Assembly: GCA_964016885.1 (NCBI GenBank)
Contig: OZ024762.1
Coordinates: forward strand, 2,046,001-2,110,000
Direction of reading: 5' to 3'
Length of the DNA: 64,000 nucleotides
From: Eledone cirrhosa
Taxonomy: Eukaryota
Of the stretch, positions 55,001-64,000 are shown one piece after another (positions within the stretch are counted from its first letter, which is position 1; each line of letters opens with the position of its first letter). The translations under genes and the position numbers were made by a program. The notes below the pieces were generated by a model. That model was not told the DNA's origin. It was given only the letters and a program-made list of their open reading frames with translations, and did no database searches.

Positions 55001-55180
55001 AAGTAGAAATTATCGGAAGAAATAATAAAAAGTTTTGTATACTATGTTTGTAGTGTGTATATTCTGTGGTATTTTTGTATCTCGCTATCTGTCTGTCTAT
55101 AATCTATCTATCTTTATATCTACCTGCCTGGCTGTCTATCTATGTACCTACCTATCTATAAATAAGTATACGAAGCTTGT

Positions 55181-55183
<3 letters not shown>
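52011..55183 (+). repeat. local duplication, copy B (carries the RTE insertion)
   Basis: Same order of unique blocks and MITEs as copy A. Confidence 0.92.
52325..53786 (+). mobile_element. 5'-truncated RTE-clade LINE with (GAT)n tail
   Basis: YLAFVDLEKAFDRVP, GVHQGSVLRPLLF, LLYANDL, FCYLG, HGSETW, LRWYGHV, GRPKKTW; frameshift and stops present. Confidence 0.93.
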
Positions 55184-55237
<54 letters not shown>

Positions 55238-55360
55238 AAAGAATAGAGGTGTAACACATGAGTTATGATATATTGGTAAAAGGAAAAGAACATTTTTACT
55301 TATTCCTAATTAAACTATTTTTCACTGGGAACAATTTGTCAGCATTTTCTTTTCCTTTTA

Positions 55361-55408
<48 letters not shown>

Positions 55409-56312
55409 TACATAGCTATCACCTGTCTCTATCTGTACCTCCTCTTTATTTTCATTGACCATATCCAGGGTTTGTGGATAACTTTCTCTCTTTCCAGTCA
55501 CGGAATGGCTCTGAGACATTATTATTACATAATAAACAAAATAATAATATAATATAATAATAATAATAATTGTTTCTACTTTTGGCACAAGGCCAGCAAA
55601 TACCCAGTGCATTACTGGTACTTTATTTTATCGACAATGCTTTCTTTATTAACCACAAGATGTTGACACAGAGTATAACATTAAGGACAGCACAAGAGAA
55701 TACAGGACGGTACAAATGGCCATTTCTGCGTGTAAAAACAAACATGATGTAACAAAAAAAGAAACAATGCAAAATTCCCCAATAGGGGGCAGACTTCCGA
55801 GGGACCTTCGTGGAGAAAGCCCATTAAAAAAAACAATATCCCGCGGAGGTTAACTTTGCCTTTCATCCTTACGGGGTCGATAAATTAAAGTACCAGTAAT
55901 ACACTGGGATAATTGCTGGCCTTGTGCCTAAAGTAGAAACAATAATTTTGAGTTGAAATCCCGCCGATATCAGCTTTGGATTTCACCATTCGATGAATGC
56001 TGTTATATAAGTTTACAATATCCGCTTTCGGTTTTCAAATGAAACCGATTTTACTTAGAATTTCGTTGAAGGGCGGGTGAACAAGAAAACCTCACACACA
56101 CTAGAAACTATTATTATTGTGATAATGTAAAGTACCAGTAATGCACTGGGTATTTGCTGGCCCCCCTGTGTCAATCAAAAGTAGAAAAATTATTATTGTG
56201 ATCGATCATGACGTCTCCTTCCATTTCTCTGCTGCTCCCCGAGTTCAACTGTGTCTTTCATTCCTTTCGAGGTCGATAAAAACTAAAGTACCCGTCTAGT
56301 ACTGGGATCGAT

Positions 56313-56348
<36 letters not shown>

Positions 56349-56592
56349 ATATATATATATTGGCCGGAGTATCGCTATTAGCTTTCTCCGATTGTGTATT
56401 TATATATATATATAATATATATATATATATATAATATTAATAAATGGAAAATGTCTTTATAAAACCATATTTATTTTATTATATGGTTTTATAAAGATAT
56501 TTCCCATTTATCAATATTATTGATATTAATTATACTCCGGAAAAATTCTGTTGAGTGTTTTGTTGAATAATCAGCAAAACAAATAACTCATT

Positions 56593-56653
<61 letters not shown>

Positions 56654-56819
56654 ATCTCATCTAGCCTTTTCTCTTTGGAAGAAACAGCGGGCTATGTTCC
56701 ATTCCACCACCCCTAAAAAAATCTGTCATTTTGACCATCTCTCTCTCTTAATAAGTAATATTCTGTTTAAACAGAACACCTTAATTACCAATTCTCACCT
56801 AGTATTTTATTTGACAATC

Positions 56820-57010
56820 TCACCATTACGTCCTACCCTATTTATCTTCGATTAAATATTGTGTAAAATGTCAGACCATGAAATATAACGATAAAATGAT
56901 AGGTACTTGTATTTTCGTTGTAAAAATCGTCGTTTAAATTATTTTTTAAAATCGATAAACCGAAAGATCTATTCGTAAATTTTTTCGATAGAGGCCTGCT
57001 TCCTCACAAC
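56820..57010 (+). promoter_or_regulatory. possible MORC promoter / first-exon region
   Basis: Last locally CpG-containing unique stretch before the CpG-poorer gene region; a TAG|GTACTT donor-like site at ~56902. No in-frame start confirmed. Confidence 0.3.
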
Positions 57011-57333
57011 AGAATATTTGCAAACAATTGCTGCCCGCCAATAAATTAGTTTAAGAGCTGAGACAGTCTGAATAGTGTCTCAGAAAAGAAAAGAATCTTG
57101 CTTAAGGTCACAACAAAACTTAGTTTGGTTTTATTTTTATTTAGTTTTTTTTTTCCTTTTTTTAAAATTCACATTTTATTGTCTGATGTTTATTTTTATA
57201 TATCTAAAGCGAAACCCATCCCAATTAATGACCCTGTCTCTTTAGAGATAGGGGTTTATCTAAGACCACATTATGACATTTTTTTTCTCTTTCCTGCCCC
57301 TCTTCTCATTTTTCAAGACAAGATAGGATTTGA

Positions 57334-58082
57334 TGGAATCTTGCTTCTATTTCTAGCATAGCTTACTGCCACTTGAGGCGGAGAGTGGCCAAATTATGGT
57401 GGAATCTTGCTTCTATTTCTAGCATAGCTTACTGCCACTTGAGGCGGAGAGTGGCCAACTTATGGTGGAATCTTGCTTCTATTTCTAGCATAGCTTACTG
57501 CCACATGAGGCTGAGAGTGGCCAAATTATGGTGGAATCTTGCTTCTATTTCTAGCATAGCTTTGCCACTTGAGGCTGAGAGTGGCCAAATTATGGTGGAA
57601 TCTTGCTTCTATTTCTAGCATAGCTTACTGCCACTTGAGGCTGAGAGTGGCCAAATTATGGTGGAATCTTGCTTCTATTTCTAGCATAGCTTACTGCCAC
57701 TTGAGGCTGAGAGTGGCCAAATTATGGTGGAATCTTGCTTCTATTTCTAGCATAGCTTATTGCCACATGAGGCTGAGAGTGGCCAAATTATAGTGGAAAT
57801 CTTGCTTCTATTTCTAGCAAAGCTTACTGCCACATGAGGCTGAGAGTGGCCAAATTATGGTGGAATCTTGCTTCTATTTCTAGCATAGCTTATTGCCACA
57901 TGAGGTTGAGAGTGGCCAAATTATAGTGGAAATCTTGCTTCTATTTCTAGCATAGCTTATTGCCACATGAGGCTGAGAGTGGCCAAATTATAGTGGAAAT
58001 CTTGCTTCTATTTCTAGCATAGCTTATTGCCACTTGAGGCTGAGAGTGGCCGAAATAAATTGGCCAAATTATGGTGGAATCT
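57334..58082. repeat. 66-bp tandem minisatellite, ~11 copies
   Basis: Unit GGAATCTTGCTTCTATTTCTAGCATAGCTTACTGCCACTTGAGGCTGAGAGTGGCCAAATTATGGT. Confidence 0.95.
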
Positions 58083-58142
58083 TTAACATTCTGTCTAGGG
58101 AGAGGTCTGAGAGCATATATCATATTTCTATGTAACTGAATA

Positions 58143-58890
58143 TTAACTCTTTAACATTTACATTACTCTATATATACTATTGTATTTTCACAGTAAAGGC
58201 TTTATCTCACATAACATTTACATTACTCTATATATACTATTGTATTTTCACAGTAAAGGCTTTATCTCACATAATATTTACATTACTCTATATATACTAT
58301 TGTATTGTCACAGTAAAGGCTTTACCTCACATAATATCTCACATAACATTTACATTACTCTATATATACTATTGTATTTTCACAGTAAAGGCTTTACCTC
58401 ACCTAATATCTCACATAACATTTACATTACTCTATATATACTATTGTATTTTCACAGTAAAGGCTTTACCTCACCTAATATCTCACATAACATTTACATT
58501 ACTCTATATATACTATTGTATTTTCACAGTAAAGGCTTTACCTCACATAATATCTCGCATAACATTTACATTACTCTATATATACTATTGTATTTTCACA
58601 GTAAAGGCTTTACCTCACATAATATCTCGCATAACATTTACATTACTCTATATATACTATTGTAGTTTCACAGTAAAGGCTTTACCTCACCTAATATCTC
58701 ACACAACATTTACATTACTCTATATATACTATTGTATTTTCACAGTAAAGGCTTTACCTCACCTAATATCTCACACAACATTTACATTACTCTATATATA
58801 CTATTGTAGTTTCACAGAGAAAGCTTTATCTTACATAATATCTCACATAATATCGAATCTGCGAGATTTTGATATTTATTTCGAGAACAA
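58143..58890 (+). repeat. 60/72-bp tandem array built from the 5' end of a TTAA-flanked MITE
   Basis: Starts TTAACTCTTTAACATTTACATTAC; unit ...ACATTTACATTACTCTATATATACTATTGTATTTTCACAGTAAAGGCTTTACCTCACATAATATCTCACATA, ~10 copies. Confidence 0.9.
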
Positions 58891-59036
58891 TACCTTAGCA
58901 TCAGTATGTGCAGCCAGTTATGACTGGTTTGCCACTAAGAGATGGCAACATGAATGGACCTGGTATTTTTATCTAAATACATTTTTTTCCAATTCCACCC
59001 CACCCGTCCCTTCAATCTATCTTATTTCTCATTCTT

Positions 59037-59072
59037 TCTTCTGATGAAGGACTAGCGTCCAAAACGTTAAGA
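59037..59072 (+). ncRNA. degenerate minimal hammerhead motif
   Basis: TCTT-CTGATGA-A-GGAC(TAGC)GTCC-AAAACGTTAAGA; GAAA box mutated to AAAA. Confidence 0.45.
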
Positions 59073-59156
59073 CCCTCTTCCTGCTATTTCAAGTGTTAAC
59101 CTAATATATTCCTTCGATATACTGTACTGATTGTGTTGCTATTTCTGTTTACCTTT

Positions 59157-59212
<56 letters not shown>

Positions 59213-59248
59213 TACATATACATATACACACACACACACATACATACA

Positions 59249-59342
<94 letters not shown>

Positions 59343-59800
59343 TATATATCTGTAGAAGTACATCTTTCATCCATGCTGACATGGATAATGCAGAGAACAT
59401 GAATTGGAATGTGGTAGGGTGACAAAGAGGGACCACTTTTTCTATTTTTATATTGTAAGGGTACCATAGTGACATACAGAATGTCTTGGATATTTTAAAC
59501 CTGGATAGAACCCATTCCCTCCCTGGGTCTGAACACAGCTGATTTTTTCCATGGAACGAAAGAGATAAAAAGGAAGAATCAACCCCCATACTTGACTGGT
59601 ACTTCATTTTTTTTATTGACCACGAAAGGACGAAAGGCAAAGTTGACCATCGAAGGATTTGAACTCAGAGCTCAGAAAGCTTGAGAAAATACCCCCAAAC
59701 ATTCTGATGTTCTAACAACTCTGCCACTTCATTGACTTTTCTCTCAATACTATTTCATTATTTCATCTCATCTTATTGTTGTTATTGTTGTTGTTTTCAG

Positions 59801-59873
59801 GTGAGCCCCTCGTTTTTACAAGCCAACTCTACAAGTCACACATGGACATTCAGTGCTATGGCTGAACTCATTG
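59801..59873 (+). CDS. MORC: MORC-family GHKL ATPase (MORC3/4-like), coding exon A (first coding exon not located)
   Basis: TTTTCAG acceptor, then VSPSFLQANSTSHTWTFSAMAELI(D), matching the MORC N-terminal '[22 protein letters not shown]' motif; G|GTAAGT donor, phase 1. Confidence 0.95.
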
Positions 59874-60965
59874 GTAAGTCAGACAATCTCGTAACCACAT
59901 CTGTTGTTGTCTGGTAAGTCAGACAATCTCGTAACCACATCTGTTGTCTAGTAAGTCAGACATTCTCGTAACCACATCTGTTGTCTGGTAAGTCAGACAA
60001 TCTCGTAACCACATCTGTTGTCTAGTAAGTCAGACATTCTCGTAACCAGATCTGTTGTCTGGTAAGTCAGACAATCTCGTAACCACATCTGTTGTTGTCT
60101 GGTAAGTCAGACAATCTCGTAACCACATCTGTTGTTGTCTGGTAAGTCAGACAATCTCGTAACCACATCTGTTGTTGTCTCGTAAGTCAGACAATCTCGT
60201 AACCACATCTGTTGTCTAGTAAGTCAGACATTCTCGTAACCACATCTGTTGTCTGGTAAGTCAGACAATCTCGTAACCACATCTGTTGTCTAGTAAGTCA
60301 GACATTCTCGTAACCAGATCTGTTGTCTGGTAAGTCAGACAATCTCGTAACCACATCTGTTGTTGTCTGGTAAGTCAGACATTCTCATAACCACATCTGT
60401 TGTTGTCTGGTAAGTCAGACATTCTCGTAACCAGATCTGTTGTCTGGTAAGTCAGACATTCTCGTAACCACATCTGTTGTCTGGTAAGTCAGACATTCTC
60501 GTAACCACATCTGTTGTTGTCTGGTAAGTCAGACATTCTCGTAACCACATCTGTTGTCTGGTAAGTCAGACATTCTCATAACCACATCTGTTGTCTGGTA
60601 AGTCAGACAATCTCATAACCACATCTGTTGTCTAGTAAGTCAGACATTCTCGTAACCACATCTGTTGTCTGGTAAGTCAGACAATCTCGTAACCACATCT
60701 GTTGTTGTCTGGTAAGTCAGACATTCTCGTAACCACATCTGTTGTCTGGTAAGTCAGACATTCTCGTAACCAGATCTGTTGTCTGGTAAGTCAGACAATC
60801 TCGTAACCACATCTGTTGTTGTCTGGTAAGTCAGACATTCTCGTAACCACATCTGTTGTCTGGTAAGTCAGACATTCTCGTAACCACATCTGTTGTCTGG
60901 TAAGTCAGACATTCTCGTAACCACATCTGTTGTCTGGTAAGTCAGACAATCTTGTAACGACATCT
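59873..60965 (+). repeat. 37/40-bp tandem array whose unit begins with the exon A donor site, ~28 copies
   Basis: Unit GGTAAGTCAGACAATCTCGTAACCACATCTGTT(GTT)GTCT. Confidence 0.97.
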
Positions 60966-61119
60966 TACTGGTTGTCTGATTTCTTAGGGGTTTACTTTCT
61001 AACAGCTGATGAAGATAATGACCATGTAGGGGAAAGGTCCTACATGGTTCTGATTTTTAGTCAATTCCTTCACTGCAAATGGGTCTTCTACCAATGACAT
61101 TTTTCTTAACAGAAACTCT

Positions 61120-61228
61120 GTCTGTCTGTCCCAGTGTGTCTGTGTACATCTGTCTGTCCCAGTGTGTCTGTGTACATCTGTCTGTCCCAGTGTGTCTGTG
61201 TACATCTGTCTGTCCCAGTGTGTCTGTG
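61120..61228. repeat. 28-bp tandem repeat, ~4 copies
   Basis: Unit TCTGTCTGTCCCAGTGTGTCTGTGTACA. Confidence 0.9.
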
Positions 61229-61279
61229 TAATACAGTCATCTGTTGTTATAACACTCTCCTTTCATCTTGTGTCTCCAG

Positions 61280-61412
61280 ATAATGCCTATGATCCAGATG
61301 TCAATGCGTCTCAGCTGTGGATTGACAAGACAATCTTCAACAACAAAATCTGTTTGACCTTTGTGGATAATGGGAACGGAATGGATCCAGAGAAGTTACT
61401 TAGAATGTTGAG
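61280..61412 (+). CDS. MORC: MORC-family gene, coding exon B
   Basis: CTCCAG acceptor; (D)[43 protein letters not shown](S) contains GHKL motifs I/II (ELIDNA, DNGxGM); AG|GTAAAC donor; frame continuous with exon A. Confidence 0.95.
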
Positions 61413-61935
61413 GTAAACTACCCCTTCCCTGCCTCACACCCTGTAGCCTCGTGTTTACCCCCCCCCCCCTCTTCTGAGGTAAACTACCCCTTCCCTGCCT
61501 CACACCCTGTAGCCTCGTGTTTACCCCCCCCTCTCTTCTGAGGTAAACTACCCCTTCCCTGCCTCATACTCCCTGTTGCCTCGTGTTTACCCCCCCCCCT
61601 CTTCTGAGGTAAACTACCCCTTCCCTGCCTCATACTCCCTGTAGCCTCGTGTTTACCCCCCCTCTCTCTCGGGTAAACTACCCCTTCTCTGCCCCCTGCT
61701 CCTCGTAGCTTCGTATTTACCTCCCCCTTCTCTTTCCCCTGCTCCTCCTCGTAGCCTCATATTTACCTCCTCCTCCCCCTTCTCTTCTCATCTGAGGTAA
61801 ACTACCTGTTCCCTGCCTCATACTCCTTGTAGCCCAATGTTTACACTCCCTCTCCCTTCTGAAGTAATTCCCCTCCCCCCACCTCCCCCTTCTCTGCTGA
61901 GGTAAACGACCCCCGCACCACCTCCTCCTCGTAGA
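61410..61935 (+). repeat. ~64-bp decaying tandem array whose unit begins with the exon B donor site, ~8 copies
   Basis: Unit GAGGTAAACTACCCCTTCCCTGCCTCACACCCTGTAGCCTCGTGTTTACCCCCCCCCTCTTCT. Confidence 0.9.
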
Positions 61936-62028
61936 TTTTAATATTTAATGCGATGCAGTCAAAGAATGTCTTGCTAATGTGGTTTTATGTGGTGGAGGAC
62001 ATTAAAGTTGAATTGCTTTCTTTTCCAG

Positions 62029-62246
62029 CTTTGGGTTCTGTGAAAAGGTTGCCGTTAGTGGACATAAACCAATCGGACAGTACGGAAATGGCTTCAAGTC
62101 TGGTTCCATGCGTCTTGGTCGAGATGCTCTTGTTTTTACCCGGAACCAAAACAGTATGAGTGTCGGTATGTTGTCACAGACTTACCTGGAGGTTGTCAGG
62201 GAAGAGACAGTGCTTGTACCCATTGTTACCTGGAAACTTCCACAGA
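62029..62246 (+). CDS. MORC: MORC-family gene, coding exon C
   Basis: TTCCAG acceptor; [72 protein letters not shown] contains the GHKL 'G-x-YGNGFKSG' motif; ends at A|GTATCCTT (U12-type donor). Confidence 0.93.
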
Positions 62247-63281
62247 GTATCCTTCTATTTGAAAGGGGACGGGGGGCAAGGGGTCACATATCATATATTC
62301 TGTATGTTGGTGCCATTAAGATCTGTGGTGTGTAGCAGCTAGTTGTATAAATAAATAAAATTACTGTTTATACTTATTTAACCCTTTAACATTTACATTA
62401 CTCTATATATACTATTGTATTATCACAGTAAAGGCTTTACCTCACATAACATTTACATTACTCTATATATACTATTGTATTATCACAGTAAAGGCTTTAC
62501 CTCACATAATATCTCACATAACATTTACATTACCCTATATATACTATTGTATTTTCACAGTAAAGGCTTTACCTCACATAATACCTCACATGACATTTAC
62601 ATTACTCTATATATACTATTGTATTTTCACAGTAAAGACTTTACTTCACATAATATCTCACATGACATTTACATTACCCTATATATACTATTGTATTTTC
62701 ACAGTAAAGACTTTACCTCACATAATATCTCACATAACATTTACATTACCCTATATATACTATTGTATTTTCACAGTAAAGGCTTTACCTCACATAATAC
62801 CTCACATGACATTTACATTACTCTATATATACTATTGTATTTTCACAGTAAAGGCTTTACCTCACATAATACCTCACATGACATTTACATTACTCTATAT
62901 ATACTATTGTATTTTCACAGTAAAGGCTTTACCTCACATAATACCTCACATGACATTTACATTACTCTATATATACTATTGTATTTTCACAGTAAAGGCT
63001 TTACCTCACATAATATCTCACATAACATTTACATTATCCTATATATACTATTGTATTTTCACAGTAAAGACTTTACCTCACATAATATCTCCCATAACAT
63101 TTACATTACTCTATATGTCACCAACAATCATTCTACATGCACTGAAACAACCACTTTACAGAGTGGACTGGGTGCTCACGTCACCAATTACTTATATCCT
63201 TCATCTGTTCATATATTTCCATGTGTTGTTGTTTTGTTCTTCCTTCCTTCCTATGACAGTTTCCTTATCGATTACCCTCAG
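62247..63281 (+). other. U12-type (minor spliceosome) GT-AG intron
   Basis: 5' site GTATCCTTC (consensus RTATCCTTT); branch-site-like TTTCCTTATC at 63260-63269 (consensus TTCCTTAAC) about 12-14 nt before the CAG; this junction preserves the MORC frame. Confidence 0.85.
62378..63116 (+). repeat. 60/72-bp tandem array, same family as 58143-58890, inside the U12 intron
   Basis: Starts TTAACCCTTTAACATTTACATTAC; same unit, ~10 copies. Confidence 0.92.
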
Positions 63282-63432
63282 AAACTCGCTCTGCCAACCA
63301 AGGCAGTCTAAACAACTTAAGAGCAATACTCAAGTACTCCATATTTCGGAAAGAAAACAGTCTTCTAGAAGAACTTGGTACACTTGAGATGCTTAAAACG
63401 GGAACCAAAATAATTATTTACAATTTGAAAAG
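63282..63432 (+). CDS. MORC: MORC-family gene, coding exon D
   Basis: CTCAG acceptor; KTRSANQGSLNNLRAILKYSIFRKENSLLEELGTLEMLKTGTKIIIYNLK(R) resembles MORC 'AILEHSLF...GTRIIIWNL'; phases match both neighbours; AG|GTAAAA donor. Confidence 0.9.
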
Positions 63433-63606
63433 GTAAAAAAAAAAAAACCCTCCTTTATTTCTCTCTTGCCTGCCTCATATCCTTGGGTCCCCCTTCCTCT
63501 GCTAACTGGCACACATCTATGTATTACAGTCCTCGCCAGTCCCAAATCCTTGTGGTCCCTCACTACATGCCATGGTAATAATGTCTGTTATTTTATGCTG
63601 TTTCAG

Positions 63607-63745
63607 GGGAAATGATGGCAAGCTCGAACTGGACTTCGAAAGTGATTCTGCTGACATCCGAAATCCAGAGAGTCACGAGTTTGATTACTCTTCTATCAAC
63701 CGTCCTCTCAGCCAGTATTCACCTGAGTACAGGAGATCACTTAGA
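63607..63745 (+). CDS. MORC: MORC-family gene, coding exon E (gene continues past the window)
   Basis: TTTCAG acceptor; GNDGKLELDFESDSADIRNPESHEFDYSSINRPLSQYSPEYRRSLR resembles MORC 'EFDF...DIRIP...SLRAY'; AGA|GTAAGT donor, phase 0. Confidence 0.9.
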
Positions 63746-63826
63746 GTAAGTTACCACACTGTTTAACCCTCCCTCTCTCAGTATTTACCTGGGTACAGGA
63801 GATCACTTACAGTAAGTTACCACAGT

Positions 63827-64000
63827 TTAACCCTTTAGCATTTAAACCGGCCGTATCCGGCCAGAATTCTCTCACCTCTTTCTGTTCAACTGGTCATAAC
63901 AGGCCACTCATACTGATGTTAAGGTAGTGTTCTCAAAATAAATAATATCAGAATCCATAGATTCAATATTATGTGAGATAATTATATGAGATAAAGTTTT
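63827..64000 (+). mobile_element. piggyBac-like MITE, left end (runs off the window)
   Basis: TTAA followed by CCCTTTAGCATTTAAACCGGCC, a piggyBac-type TTAA|CCC terminus; right end not visible. Confidence 0.55.

Noticed and set aside
56868-56902. ATGs at 56868 and 56878 as the MORC start
   Set aside because: The first hits a stop after six codons; the second meets the donor in phase 1, whereas exon A needs phase 0
57373-58665. Repetitive ORFs (LRVAKLWWN..., YFHSKGF...)
   Set aside because: Translations of 66-bp and 72-bp tandem units
59873-60965. CRISPR-like array of ~37-40-bp units
   Set aside because: Head-to-tail units with no unique spacers, no cas genes, eukaryotic intron context
62415-63387. 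298-aa and 265-aa ORFs with 24-aa repeats
   Set aside because: Stop-free frames of the 72-bp intronic satellite; the MORC exons splice around it in frame

Overview
Eukaryotic (animal) genomic DNA, AT-rich and saturated with (TA)n, (TACA)n, (CT)n and trinucleotide microsatellites. The SINE, LINE and MITE content looks like an octopod cephalopod; this is inference and was not verified. Positions 1-56.8 kb are a largely non-coding repeat landscape. They hold two tRNA-derived SINE families, decayed non-LTR retrotransposons (CR1/L2-like, R4/Dong-like twice, L1/Tx1-like, RTE, CRE-like), a non-autonomous Helitron, Tc1/mariner and piggyBac-like MITEs, and a ~3 kb local duplication. The only host coding gene I can support is the 5' part of a MORC-family (MORC3/4-like GHKL ATPase) gene on the + strand, with five in-frame exons at 59801-63745 that continue beyond the window. 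Three signals stand out. (1) About a dozen type-I hammerhead-ribozyme motifs from several unrelated families sit in short (TA)n-flanked elements, many of them fold-back palindromes, consistent with Penelope-like/retrozyme insertions. (2) Three MORC donor splice sites are each the first unit of a tandem repeat, so the introns begin with arrays of decoy donors. (3) One MORC intron is U12-type (minor spliceosome) and is filled by a MITE-derived satellite. Nearly all long ORFs in the supplied track are artefacts of low-complexity repeats. All coordinates were read by eye; repeat boundaries are approximate.
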